DNA of 64,000 nucleotides. It comes from a virus (taxonomy: Duplodnaviria > Caudoviricetes). Below the pieces are notes generated by a model. The model was not told the DNA's origin, made no database searches, and saw only the letters and a program-made list of their open reading frames with translations. The stretch lies in IMG/VR virus record IMGVR_UViG_3300028171_000090, positions 64,001-128,000 of that record; one strand, written 5' to 3'. Shown here piece after piece: positions 1 through 8,871 of this stretch (position 1 is the stretch's first letter; each line of letters opens with the position of its first letter). A program made the translations under genes and the position numbers.

Positions 1-150
1 GAGAAACACATGCCTGAACAAGGAGAATGGCAAATGCTAACTGAAGTAGCATGGGGTGAGGTCGGTATCGACCCAAACAAAGTAGCAGAACTTACTGATG
101 AAGAAAAAGAAAAGCTACGTAAACAAGGATTACTGAAAGATAAAGAGTAG
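1..150 (+). CDS. 3' end of a hypothetical protein (truncated by window)
   Basis: Open frame 1 (EKHMPEQGEW...LLKDKE*) ending TAG at 148-150, followed by a terminator. Confidence 0.7.
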   Translation, partial: EKHMPEQGEWQMLTEVAWGEVGIDPNKVAELTDEEKEKLRKQGLLKDKE

Positions 151-178
151 GGCTTATGCCTTACTCTTTATTTTTTTA
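142..178 (+). terminator. intrinsic terminator
   Basis: AAAGAGTAGGGC-TTAT-GCCTTACTCTTT then T-tract. Confidence 0.8.
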
Positions 179-196
179 TCATGAGGAGGAGAAACG

Positions 197-1309
197 ATGT
201 ATTACGATTATGAAACTTCAAATAAATCATTTACAGATTTAGTAGAGAAAATGAAGAAACGAGGACATAATGTAGAATTTATTCTACAATTAAATGACAA
301 GGATTTAGTCCATGTGGACCCATTTAATCCAACCCTCGATGAAGTTATGCAGAATAAAATTATAAATGAAGTGGAACGAAACTTCTGGTACTTTGCACGT
401 GAAGTTGCACGTATTCCTACATTTGAAAAAGGTGTTACTCGACCGGTAACAGCTCATAGAGGAAATATTGCGTTATGGTCGATTATGCAACATGGATTTA
501 ATGTATATAGTGAATTGCCTAGACAATTAGGAAATACAATGAATACCGCAGTATTTGTAACATGGAAAAATATTTGTGAAACTAAGTTTATAACTAGTTG
601 TGTATCGGATAGCCCTAATAATGCTATGCATAATATTAATCGTATGCAAAAATTATATAATATTCTTCCTAACTATTTTATTGATATAGCAGGCTATATG
701 ACTTCACATAATCCAACACAAGCTACACTTGTAGAAAAAGGGAATACAGTATATGTTGATTATTTGGATAGTGAGCATGTATCACCTGGTGCAATCCGAG
801 TAGAAGCTGAGAGAAATGAAAGTAACATCAAATGGATTGATCACTTTACATACTTAGCTTACAATGATCTTATTCTTGATATATATTTAACAGATTGTCA
901 TCATAAGAGTACTCGTCAAGTTGTATTAACATCCTCTATCGGCTTTGATAATGATAGACGTGATGTAGCAGCTCAAAGACTGATTATGGGTTCATTGAAA
1001 TTCGATGAGTCGATGTACGATATGACAATCCATCAGTTACAGAAAGAGTTAGAAAAATATCCAAGTCAAATGATTTACATTACATTTAACCCATTGGAAA
1101 TGGACATGGATGAGAAATATATTTTAGAACAAATTCCAGCTATGTGTGGAGATTTATATTCTATTATGAAAGAAATCTTTATGCAACGTCCAAGTCATAG
1201 CTTAATTAATTCTGTAAAACATATGAAAGAAAAAGGTGTCCCAGACCATGTAATTGAGAAAGTAATTGCACGATATGTCGAAGATATGACGGTGAAGTAC
1301 GATGATTAG
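197..1309 (+). CDS. terminase large subunit-like ATPase domain, degenerate and lacking the nuclease domain
   Basis: YYDYETSNKSF, VDPFNP, NFWYFAREVARIP and HRGNIAL recall the phiKZ/AR9-type TerL N-terminus. Walker A reads ELPRQLGNT (K to N) and Walker B reads WIDH (E to H). Only 370 aa. Confidence 0.65.
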   Translation: MYYDYETSNKSFTDLVEKMKKRGHNVEFILQLNDKDLVHVDPFNPTLDEVMQNKIINEVERNFWYFAREVARIPTFEKGVTRPVTAHRGNIALWSIMQHGFNVYSELPRQLGNTMNTAVFVTWKNICETKFITSCVSDSPNNAMHNINRMQKLYNILPNYFIDIAGYMTSHNPTQATLVEKGNTVYVDYLDSEHVSPGAIRVEAERNESNIKWIDHFTYLAYNDLILDIYLTDCHHKSTRQVVLTSSIGFDNDRRDVAAQRLIMGSLKFDESMYDMTIHQLQKELEKYPSQMIYITFNPLEMDMDEKYILEQIPAMCGDLYSIMKEIFMQRPSHSLINSVKHMKEKGVPDHVIEKVIARYVEDMTVKYDD

Positions 1310-1724
1310 TCATGTAGTATTTTGCACATTGTTTATTACTCAATTCGTGGGACATCGGATAGGTGACTATCTATTACAAACAAATACGCAAGCATTAAAG
1401 AAAACAACAGATGAGGACGCGCTAATTCGTCATTGTCTAGTATACTCAATAACTATTGCGTTACTAGTTCTAGCAATGTTTAACTGGAAATATGCCTTAG
1501 TCGTATTATTCCTAACATTAGCTGAGCATCTATTTATTGATACACGTAAACCAGTTATCTGGTGGAAGATGTTAATCGAGAAACATATAGCTAGAAATAA
1601 AAACTTCAAAATCGAAGATTTACCATTCTTCGTAATGATTGAAGTAGACCAGTCTATACATCTCGTTAGAATCTTCTTAATCTCATTAATATTAGCCCAC
1701 CCAATCGCATGGTTGACGCTATAA
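1302..1724 (+). CDS. DUF3307-like membrane protein
   Basis: HxxGDYLLQT, HCLVY, HLFID and DQSIH motifs on hydrophobic helices. Confidence 0.75.
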   Translation: MISHVVFCTLFITQFVGHRIGDYLLQTNTQALKKTTDEDALIRHCLVYSITIALLVLAMFNWKYALVVLFLTLAEHLFIDTRKPVIWWKMLIEKHIARNKNFKIEDLPFFVMIEVDQSIHLVRIFLISLILAHPIAWLTL

Positions 1725-1894
1725 TTTCATGTATCGTATTCCATATATGTGGAGTCGGTACAGCAGCGGGAATCTATTGGATCGGCAAACTGAATAAGTT
1801 TGAACGAGCTGGGAAATGGGTATCAATTACATATCTTGTATTATTAGTGATGCAAGATATTGTGCATATTGTATTATGGGGGCTTAATATATAA
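1709..1894 (+). CDS. small two-TM membrane protein
   Basis: 61 aa, two hydrophobic segments. Confidence 0.55.
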   Translation: MVDAIISCIVFHICGVGTAAGIYWIGKLNKFERAGKWVSITYLVLLVMQDIVHIVLWGLNI

Positions 1895-2073
1895 TGACAC
1901 TCAAAGGATTTCTATTGCTATTATTATTTATAGCATTCTTATTTGAAGTATGGATAATTAAAATTATGCACGATATAGGTATGGGTGGATTTAAGGTAGC
2001 ATTTGCTATAATAGCGTTAGCTACACTATTCTTACTACTTTGTGGCTTATTCGTTGCAGTATTTATGATGTAG
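1894..2073 (+). CDS. small two-TM membrane protein (59 aa, below ORF-track cutoff)
   Basis: ATG overlaps previous stop (TAATG); MTLKGFLLLLLFIAFLFEVW...GLFVAVFMM*. Confidence 0.6.
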   Translation: MTLKGFLLLLLFIAFLFEVWIIKIMHDIGMGGFKVAFAIIALATLFLLLCGLFVAVFMM

Positions 2074-2115
2074 AGCTTATTGCTCTACATCTTTTTATTT
2101 TGAGGAGGAATTCAC

Positions 2116-2304
2116 ATGGCAAAAGATTTATTTATTGCAGCTATAATATTAATGGTTTGTACACTGTACGCGCTTTATCTTGAAGTGACAGGTAAGCATG
2201 TCTTTAATCGATTTATATTACCTATATTATTAATTGTCTTTCCTGTCCTTAGTTTAATCTTTCTTCAAGTATCATGGATGATACTTATAAGAGGAGGTAA
2301 TTAA
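2116..2304 (+). CDS. small two-TM membrane protein
   Basis: SD GAGGAGG; 62 aa, hydrophobic. Confidence 0.7.
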   Translation: MAKDLFIAAIILMVCTLYALYLEVTGKHVFNRFILPILLIVFPVLSLIFLQVSWMILIRGGN

Positions 2305-2305
2305 A

Positions 2306-2485
2306 ATGAAAATAATTGTGTACATTATATTGGAAATACTATCCATATTTGCATTCGGGCTGAATTGTTATTTTATATGGACAGTACGGAATAAAAATAA
2401 ATTAGAATTAGCGTCACTAATCGTTACGCTACTATTAACGATCTTATTTATAAAAGGGATTACTTCGTTAATAGTAAATTACTAG
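2306..2485 (+). CDS. small two-TM membrane protein (59 aa, below ORF-track cutoff)
   Basis: SD GAGGAGG; MKIIVYIILEILSIFAFGLNCYFIW...ITSLIVNY*. Confidence 0.65.
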   Translation: MKIIVYIILEILSIFAFGLNCYFIWTVRNKNKLELASLIVTLLLTILFIKGITSLIVNY

Positions 2486-2497
2486 GAGGATAATAAA

Positions 2498-2728
2498 ATG
2501 ACAAAAACAGGAAAAGACTTATTAGCACATGTGGTAACTATAACAGAAGGAGAGTATGAAGGTGCTGGAGGTTATATCTCTAAATATGTACCGAAGAAGA
2601 AATCCGAAACAGGAGAAGCTTATTATGAAGCTTGGGTTACCCATAAAGGACAGCTTGCACATGTTGCAGTATATCCTAACGAATTTGAAGTTCGAAGCAG
2701 TAGCCCACTACCATGGGTGTCTCGATAA
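2498..2728 (+). CDS. hypothetical protein (small beta-rich, possibly SH3/KOW-like)
   Basis: SD AGGAGG; VTITEGEYEGAGGYI pattern. Confidence 0.7.
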   Translation: MTKTGKDLLAHVVTITEGEYEGAGGYISKYVPKKKSETGEAYYEAWVTHKGQLAHVAVYPNEFEVRSSSPLPWVSR

Positions 2729-2750
2729 TAATTGAAAAAGTATACGACTA

Positions 2751-2767
2751 TATATTATATAGGTGAG
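2751..2767 (+). promoter_or_regulatory. putative early (virion-RNAP) promoter
   Basis: TATATTATATAGGTGAG, matches recurring TAYATTAT-N4-RTGAR. Confidence 0.7.
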
Positions 2768-2799
2768 AAACCAATACATTATATAAGGGAGAGTTTTGA

Positions 2800-3489
2800 A
2801 TGAGAAACTTAGCAGATACTTTAAAAATTAGTGAACCAGGAGTTCACGTAATAGCAGGAGCAGTAGGTGACAGATTAACAACGTCTGCCCTACACCTTGC
2901 ATTGGAAATGGCATCTAAATTAGAGCATAAAGAAGGACAGAAACGTCCAGCAATTATCCTATTTACAAGAGACTTAGGAGCACACGACTTCATGAAGTAT
3001 GTATCAGACGAAGGTCAATACCCTAATGTATTGAACCGTATACATGAAAAGAATGTCGATATGTTATTCTTTAATACATATGATAGAGTATTAAAAGATT
3101 TAGAGTATGAAATCTTAAACGCGGCAAATACGTATGATATTAAAGCAATCATAACAGATGCGATTGTTTCCCTACGAGGAGAAGAAGAATCACGAGCATT
3201 GTTAGATACAATTGTATTTGCACATTCAATGAGAAAGCAATTTGATATACCTGTTACGATAGGTGTACGTATTAACTTAGCACAAGCTAAAACATTGATT
3301 CATGTACATGATGAGATTCGTAGTATTGGTAAGATACCTCATAACTACGATGTAGATACAGCTCTACGATTCATGTCTCATCATGAGTTACTAGATATTC
3401 ATTTTAGTAAATCGAATGAATTAGGTGGACAGCCACCATTAACAATCAATACAAATAAAGAATTCACATTTACAGCGGAGGAGTTTTAA
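2800..3489 (+). CDS. inactivated DnaB/RecA-fold ATPase paralogue 1
   Basis: GVHVIAG-AVGDRLTT-SALHLA (Walker A position without GKT), AIITD, MRKQFDIPVTI resembling DnaB LAKELNxPVV. Confidence 0.55.
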   Translation: MRNLADTLKISEPGVHVIAGAVGDRLTTSALHLALEMASKLEHKEGQKRPAIILFTRDLGAHDFMKYVSDEGQYPNVLNRIHEKNVDMLFFNTYDRVLKDLEYEILNAANTYDIKAIITDAIVSLRGEEESRALLDTIVFAHSMRKQFDIPVTIGVRINLAQAKTLIHVHDEIRSIGKIPHNYDVDTALRFMSHHELLDIHFSKSNELGGQPPLTINTNKEFTFTAEEF

Positions 3490-3490
3490 T

Positions 3491-4120
3491 ATGCAAATCA
3501 CATTAACGAACTATCCAAAAATATTCTTTGATACACCTGGGTTACATGTAATAGTGGCTCATACTACAAACAAAGAAAATGTAGAAAAATTTATGATAAA
3601 TGTGGCAGCACAATTCCTAAACATGCATGTTACACCTGACGATAAACCGTTTACTGTAGTAGGTCCTATGTACCATAATTGGGAAGATCGTTTAAATAAA
3701 TTAGGACAAGAGAATCGATTCATGTATGATCGTTTTATGGAATCCTACAATCCATTCGCTTCAGTTAAGTCTGATTTTATCAGTCAGTCTGAAGAACCTG
3801 GTGTAACAAATTATCGTGCAGGAGTAGCAAATGCTTTTATGAGTTTGACACACGGTAACAACTGGGGTATGCAAACAAGTGAGGATGCTCTTGACCGTCT
3901 GCATGAGATGGCAATGAAGCATAATATCCCACTTGTACTACCAGCGCTTATTGATCCAACAGTATTGGATATTACGAGTAAATCATTCTTAAAGAAATAT
4001 GAGAGTGTATTATTAATGCCAAGACCCAAAGATAATTTCCATCCAATCATGCCGTTCTACCATAAGACATTGACCGAAGGTGAAATGTTATATATTAATA
4101 CGGCTGAATACTTATTTTAA
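3491..4120 (+). CDS. inactivated DnaB/RecA-fold ATPase paralogue 2
   Basis: PGLHVIVA...FMINVAAQF and LHEMAMKHNIPLVL; colinear with 2800 and 5115. Confidence 0.45.
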   Translation: MQITLTNYPKIFFDTPGLHVIVAHTTNKENVEKFMINVAAQFLNMHVTPDDKPFTVVGPMYHNWEDRLNKLGQENRFMYDRFMESYNPFASVKSDFISQSEEPGVTNYRAGVANAFMSLTHGNNWGMQTSEDALDRLHEMAMKHNIPLVLPALIDPTVLDITSKSFLKKYESVLLMPRPKDNFHPIMPFYHKTLTEGEMLYINTAEYLF

Positions 4121-4126
4121 TTACTA

Positions 4127-4160
4127 TAACCCTAGCAGATAGCTAGGGTTACTTTTATTT
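4127..4160 (+). terminator. intrinsic terminator
   Basis: TAACCCTAGC-AGATA-GCTAGGGTTA then T-tract. Confidence 0.75.
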
Positions 4161-4174
4161 GAGGGGGATTTATT

Positions 4175-4648
4175 ATGTTAAAAGTTTCAAGATTTCATAA
4201 TACAAATTGTGTTATCGGTGGTGATAAGATTGAAGGTCTTATGGCAATAAAAAGCGACATCGGCATGTTTGATACGTACGCTGCTTTATTGCGAGATATT
4301 TTAGAATCGAATCCTGATGTTAAAGCAGACGAGGGTAAAATACCTCTGATACTAATTGTAACAGATGGTGAATTTACTAGATTATATGAAACTAGAACTC
4401 ATATTCATATTAAGACAATCATTGCAGACTTCTCAGCAGATATTAAATATATCGACTATATCAACGAAGTATTAACGACTGTGGAAGAGTATAAGAATTA
4501 CCAATTGATTAGCGTATTTATGGATGCACAGATGGCTGATATCGATGACTGTTTAGATATTCGACAAGAATATCCAGACATTCCAATCCTAGTAACAAAT
4601 TCAAGATATATAACAGAGGAGGATATAAAGAATGCTCAAAATAAATAA
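4175..4648 (+). CDS. hypothetical alpha/beta protein, paralogue of 4632-5084
   Basis: Shared (A/V)DEGKIPL(I/L)L, HI.(I/V)KTI and YQLI motifs. Confidence 0.75.
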   Translation: MLKVSRFHNTNCVIGGDKIEGLMAIKSDIGMFDTYAALLRDILESNPDVKADEGKIPLILIVTDGEFTRLYETRTHIHIKTIIADFSADIKYIDYINEVLTTVEEYKNYQLISVFMDAQMADIDDCLDIRQEYPDIPILVTNSRYITEEDIKNAQNK

Positions 4649-5084
4649 TGTTTATTTACAAGAAACTTTCTTTAAAGGTGAAAAAGAAGTGGATGGATTA
4701 TTCCTAATGGAGCAATTCTTATTCCATGAAGATATATTATCTATTGCTGATGACATCATCAAGTCGAATAGAGAAGTGAAAGTAGATGAGGGTAAAATAC
4801 CTTTACTATTAGTTATCGTACAAGATGACGAAGATGAAATATTAGAAATGATTCACGAGGATGAACCTATTCATGTGAAGACTATTCGTTCAAAGGTAAC
4901 CCCTCTTGATGTAGATAAATACAGTGAGCAAATCACAGAAGCAATGCAAAAAGATGAATTTAAATTATATCAATTAATCGGTATCCTTATCGACGATATG
5001 ATGATTGACTTCGAAGATTGTGTTGATATATCTAGTGTATTTGAATATCTGCCAATCATGGTTGCAGATTCAGCATTACTATAA
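4632..5084 (+). CDS. hypothetical alpha/beta protein, paralogue of 4175-4648
   Basis: Same motifs; very acidic. Confidence 0.75.
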   Translation: MLKINNVYLQETFFKGEKEVDGLFLMEQFLFHEDILSIADDIIKSNREVKVDEGKIPLLLVIVQDDEDEILEMIHEDEPIHVKTIRSKVTPLDVDKYSEQITEAMQKDEFKLYQLIGILIDDMMIDFEDCVDISSVFEYLPIMVADSALL

Positions 5085-5114
5085 AACTAAATTATATTAA
5101 GGGAGAGAATAATA

Positions 5115-5780
5115 ATGAAAACAATGATAAAAGCATATAACGTACCAGGAGCACATTTAGTAGTTACGACAGGTGACTATTTGGCATTACATTCATATCT
5201 TACAAATATTGCAATGGGATTTATGACCGTAGCAAATAGAGAACATAATGTCGATGAAACTGTTATTTATTTTAATTCTAACAGAACGTGGGATCAGATA
5301 TTAGTATCTGCTGCCATGCATGACTTATCGAATGCTAGTCACTTTGCAAATAGAATAAAAGGTAAGAAAGATGTATTTGCTACAAGTGACCTATTCGTAC
5401 ACGATGACCCGATTAATATTATTTCAGGTAAATACCCTGGAGAGAAGAAACAGCATATCCGAGCTATCATTATCGACTTAAAAGTAATTGACGCTGCATG
5501 TATATCGACTACAAAAATTAAACGTCTTGTTGATTATGCATGGCAATTACAGGTTCCTGTAATTATCGGTATGGATTGTATAGACTATCCTTTAACTCCA
5601 TATGATATTAAGAATGATAAATGGGATAGTTCTCTTAAATCAGAGTTCTTATCTATTCTTGAAGATGTACAGTCACTTCATCATGTATTACATAATATGG
5701 ATACCCATGATGTTCATGTATATAAGAACCGAGCATTTAATTTAGATATCCACCATTTAGAAGATGCACTATACGTTTAA
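5115..5780 (+). CDS. inactivated DnaB/RecA-fold ATPase paralogue 3
   Basis: PGAHLVVT...LTNIAMGF, VIYFN, AIIID, LVDYAWQLQVPVII. Confidence 0.5.
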   Translation: MKTMIKAYNVPGAHLVVTTGDYLALHSYLTNIAMGFMTVANREHNVDETVIYFNSNRTWDQILVSAAMHDLSNASHFANRIKGKKDVFATSDLFVHDDPINIISGKYPGEKKQHIRAIIIDLKVIDAACISTTKIKRLVDYAWQLQVPVIIGMDCIDYPLTPYDIKNDKWDSSLKSEFLSILEDVQSLHHVLHNMDTHDVHVYKNRAFNLDIHHLEDALYV

Positions 5781-5802
5781 AATTTAACCTATAATTTAAC
5801 TA

Positions 5803-5819
5803 TACATTATATAGGTGAG
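5803..5819 (+). promoter_or_regulatory. putative early promoter
   Basis: TACATTATATAGGTGAG. Confidence 0.7.
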
Positions 5820-5876
5820 TCAATATAAAAAATATATTTAAGGAGTTGATTTTCTATGTAATTCTACATTACATGA

Positions 5877-5888
5877 AACAAAGTATTG
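5877..5888 (+). promoter_or_regulatory. putative late (nvRNAP) promoter
   Basis: AACA-AAGTAT-TG, AR9-type AACA-N6-TR, followed by hairpin TGTGGG-AAAAA-CCTACA. Confidence 0.55.
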
Positions 5889-5940
5889 TGGGAAAAACCT
5901 ACATATAAAAATATAATTAGACTGAGGAGAGAGAAATATT

Positions 5941-7056
5941 ATGACACTTAAAATTGGAGTAATCGGTATTGGATCAGCAGGGAATCAGTTAGCAAACTTA
6001 GCATCAGAAGCAGGCTTCGATGTAATTGCAATTAATAGTACTGAGGCTGACTTAATGACAATGAACGAATCAGTTGAAAAGATGCTTATTGGGGAAGACG
6101 GATGTGGGAAAGACCGCAATCGTGCCAAAGCATTTGTGAAACAAAAATATAAACCAATCATTGGTGATATACAAACACTTCTAGGCGAGTGCAACGTAAT
6201 CGTTGTAGCGGGTTCTACAGGTGGAGGTACAGGCTCAGGGATGATTCCGATTATGACGGATTTACTACGTTCCCTTGTAAAAGGTCCTGTATACTTAAAC
6301 GCATTAATCATTCCAAGTGTAAAAGAATCTCCAGTAGCTCAAAAGAATACAATTGAGTGTATGGCTGAGATTAAGAACTTGGACTTAGGTTATCTAATGT
6401 ATGATAACGAAACAGTGAAAGGTCCAATTACAGAAGTATTCAAAACAATCAACAATGCTTTTGTAAATGATCTGAAAGTATTCAGAGGTGACTTATGTGA
6501 AACAACTGCTTACGGTGTAATGGATGACCGTGACAGATTGAAATTAATTGGTTCGAAAGGACTTATCACAGTAAGTAAAGTCTCTGGTATTAAAGAGAAC
6601 TATTTAAATGATAGAGATGTAAACGAATTAATGATTACATCAATCAAAGGAAGTAACAATGTGGATATCGAACGTGATCGTGCAATCAAACGTGTCGGTG
6701 TAATCCATACATTGCCTGAATCATTATTAAAGACAATTGATAGCTATTACACGAAGATGAAAGAAGTATATGGTGAGCCATATGAAATCTTCGAACATAT
6801 CAATTGCATTGGAGAATCTGAAGCAGGTTCTATCGTAACAATTATGGCTGGAATGTCTTACCCTGCAACACGCATAGAGGACATAGCAGAGAAGTTAAAC
6901 AGCATGAAAGAAAACTTAACTCGTAGCCGCAAGGATAACCTGGGTGAAATCGCAGGTTCTTTAGACTGGTTAAATAGCGAGGAAGATGATACAACAATCA
7001 AAGATTTAAATGAAGAACCTGAGACAGATGCAGATTCTATCTTAGGAAATTATTAA
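5941..7056 (+). CDS. tubZ: tubulin/FtsZ-family GTPase (TubZ/PhuZ-like)
   Basis: IGVIGIGSAGNQLA N-terminus, GSTGGGTGSG tubulin signature, MDDRD T7-like loop, acidic C-tail. Confidence 0.93.
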   Translation: MTLKIGVIGIGSAGNQLANLASEAGFDVIAINSTEADLMTMNESVEKMLIGEDGCGKDRNRAKAFVKQKYKPIIGDIQTLLGECNVIVVAGSTGGGTGSGMIPIMTDLLRSLVKGPVYLNALIIPSVKESPVAQKNTIECMAEIKNLDLGYLMYDNETVKGPITEVFKTINNAFVNDLKVFRGDLCETTAYGVMDDRDRLKLIGSKGLITVSKVSGIKENYLNDRDVNELMITSIKGSNNVDIERDRAIKRVGVIHTLPESLLKTIDSYYTKMKEVYGEPYEIFEHINCIGESEAGSIVTIMAGMSYPATRIEDIAEKLNSMKENLTRSRKDNLGEIAGSLDWLNSEEDDTTIKDLNEEPETDADSILGNY

Positions 7057-7141
7057 TTAGCTATTAATGTATAAGCACAGTGTAAGGGGAAGTGGACATC
7101 CATCCATTCCCCTTATAGGTGTATATAATTAATGAATATAT

Positions 7142-7153
7142 AACATATTACTA
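7142..7153 (+). promoter_or_regulatory. putative late promoter
   Basis: AACA-TATTAC-TA. Confidence 0.55.
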
Positions 7154-7196
7154 ATGAAAACCAAATTAAAGGTATATAACCGAGGAGGAAATAAAA

Positions 7197-8162
7197 ATGT
7201 CAAACGCAATCAAAGCAATCTACAAATTGGATCAATTAGCTCAAAGAAAGGCTCCTAAGCACAAACGTAACCGCCGTGGTAATGGAAACGGATACGGTCA
7301 TGGTAGCCATAGCAGCATTCCTTTAAAGACTCTATTGAAAACAAAGACTTTAAAGAAAATCGATCGCGATGAATTAGTAGATGAGTTAGACGGTAACATG
7401 AAAGAGTTTAAATCAAACTTATTCAAATACTTCCAACAAGGATACTCTAAACTGTTTGAAGATATCGATGATATCGCAGATGTATTCTTAAACAACAAGT
7501 TCGCAAGAGCTTTAACTGACATCTGTAAAGATGAAGGTGACATTGATCCACTATTAGTATTCACTATCAGTGAATTACATTTAAAGAAAGTCTTCCAAGA
7601 TGATGAGAAAGTATTAAAACGTTACTTACAAGTAATCGCTGACTCAGAGGAAGATCGTATTAAGAAATTACGTAAAGTATTAAAAGTATCAAACTTAGAT
7701 GCTTTACTTATCATTCTATTAGCACAATCTTACAAAGGTTGCCCACGCCGATTCATGCGTGACCGCACTTACCAGTTCCTAAACGTTCTATACGAAGCAG
7801 TAGCTTCTGAAGAATTAGGATACAAAGATGTAGAGAAAGCAATCAAGATTGTGCATGGTCGTAACATGGAAGAATTCATGTTAACCGTATTATTAGAGAA
7901 AGCTCAAAACCGTAACAACTTAGATGACCTTGAAAAAGAAGGATTCGACTTAGTTACTGAGTGGGCTTTAAAAACAATGAATAAAATGGACAACGATGAG
8001 CGTCGTTCTATCTTGAAAGAGTACACAAAAGCTCGTAGACAGAACGCTCATGTGAAACGTCGTATTAACTTCATGCAATTAGATGGTGAAGAATACCGTC
8101 GTATCAAGTTAACAGTTGACCGTTTAGTACGTAACAACATTAGCAAAGATTTATTAAGCTAA
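7197..8162 (+). CDS. all-alpha hypothetical protein with basic N-terminal tail
   Basis: Strong SD GAGGAGG; RKAPKHKRNRR N-tail; codon usage like the abundant structural genes (AAC/TTC/ATC/CGT). Confidence 0.85.
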   Translation: MSNAIKAIYKLDQLAQRKAPKHKRNRRGNGNGYGHGSHSSIPLKTLLKTKTLKKIDRDELVDELDGNMKEFKSNLFKYFQQGYSKLFEDIDDIADVFLNNKFARALTDICKDEGDIDPLLVFTISELHLKKVFQDDEKVLKRYLQVIADSEEDRIKKLRKVLKVSNLDALLIILLAQSYKGCPRRFMRDRTYQFLNVLYEAVASEELGYKDVEKAIKIVHGRNMEEFMLTVLLEKAQNRNNLDDLEKEGFDLVTEWALKTMNKMDNDERRSILKEYTKARRQNAHVKRRINFMQLDGEEYRRIKLTVDRLVRNNISKDLLS

Positions 8163-8168
8163 TGAATT

Positions 8169-8206
8169 GATAGATATACCTTCGGGTATATCTATCTTTT
8201 ATTTTA
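8169..8206 (+). terminator. intrinsic terminator
   Basis: GATAGATATACC-TTCG-GGTATATCTATC then T-tract. Confidence 0.85.
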
Positions 8207-8244
8207 TTTATAACCCAAATTTTTTTGGAGAGGAGACTTATAAA

Positions 8245-8853
8245 ATGAAAGAATCAAAGCTAATCGATTACTCGATTAAGATAACAAACTATGCTGAGGA
8301 GGATATGATTGGTATACGGAATGCACTAGAGGACTCACTTACAAATGATAAATTGATTGTAGGTGTACGTGAAGCTTTTGTAAATAATACCAATGGAGGA
8401 CTATCGGAAAATGATCATTTTCGTCAATTAATGTCGATTCAATTTCTAATGGACAACTATCCGATATTTAAGAATTTAGAAAGTACTGATGCATTTGAAA
8501 TTATGAAAGTGATGATTGAGGTTATGGATTATGAGAAACGTGAGATATTAAAAGCGTATACATGTCAAGATAGATTATCCATGATAAAGAAAATGGATCA
8601 TTTCATTTATAAAATCAGTGGCACGATTACTGAAACAAGTATGACTGAAGTATTTCGCGCCGAACTTACTTCAGATATAGATGTGGTAGACCGTATGAAG
8701 CAGTTATCTATGGATAAGAATGTGTATATCGATATTATGATAAAACGTGCCGATAAATCTATAGGCAATGTCACTTTTAATAACGGGGTAGTATATAAAG
8801 ACGAACCTACCACTTATCAAATTAGATATCGTGAATTAACAGAAGTTAACTAA
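8245..8853 (+). CDS. family B paralogue (YubB/DUF1281-like ferredoxin-fold candidate)
   Basis: Start moved to 8245 (SD GGAGAGGAG; the track start lies in the terminator); QFLMDNY motif shared with 8872 and 16176. Confidence 0.7.
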   Translation: MKESKLIDYSIKITNYAEEDMIGIRNALEDSLTNDKLIVGVREAFVNNTNGGLSENDHFRQLMSIQFLMDNYPIFKNLESTDAFEIMKVMIEVMDYEKREILKAYTCQDRLSMIKKMDHFIYKISGTITETSMTEVFRAELTSDIDVVDRMKQLSMDKNVYIDIMIKRADKSIGNVTFNNGVVYKDEPTTYQIRYRELTEVN

Positions 8854-8871
8854 TAATAAGGGGGATATAAA

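Noticed and set aside
7197-8162. Chimallin (phage nucleus shell) assignment
   Set aside because: About half the expected size, apparently all-helical, and no recognisable chimallin motifs
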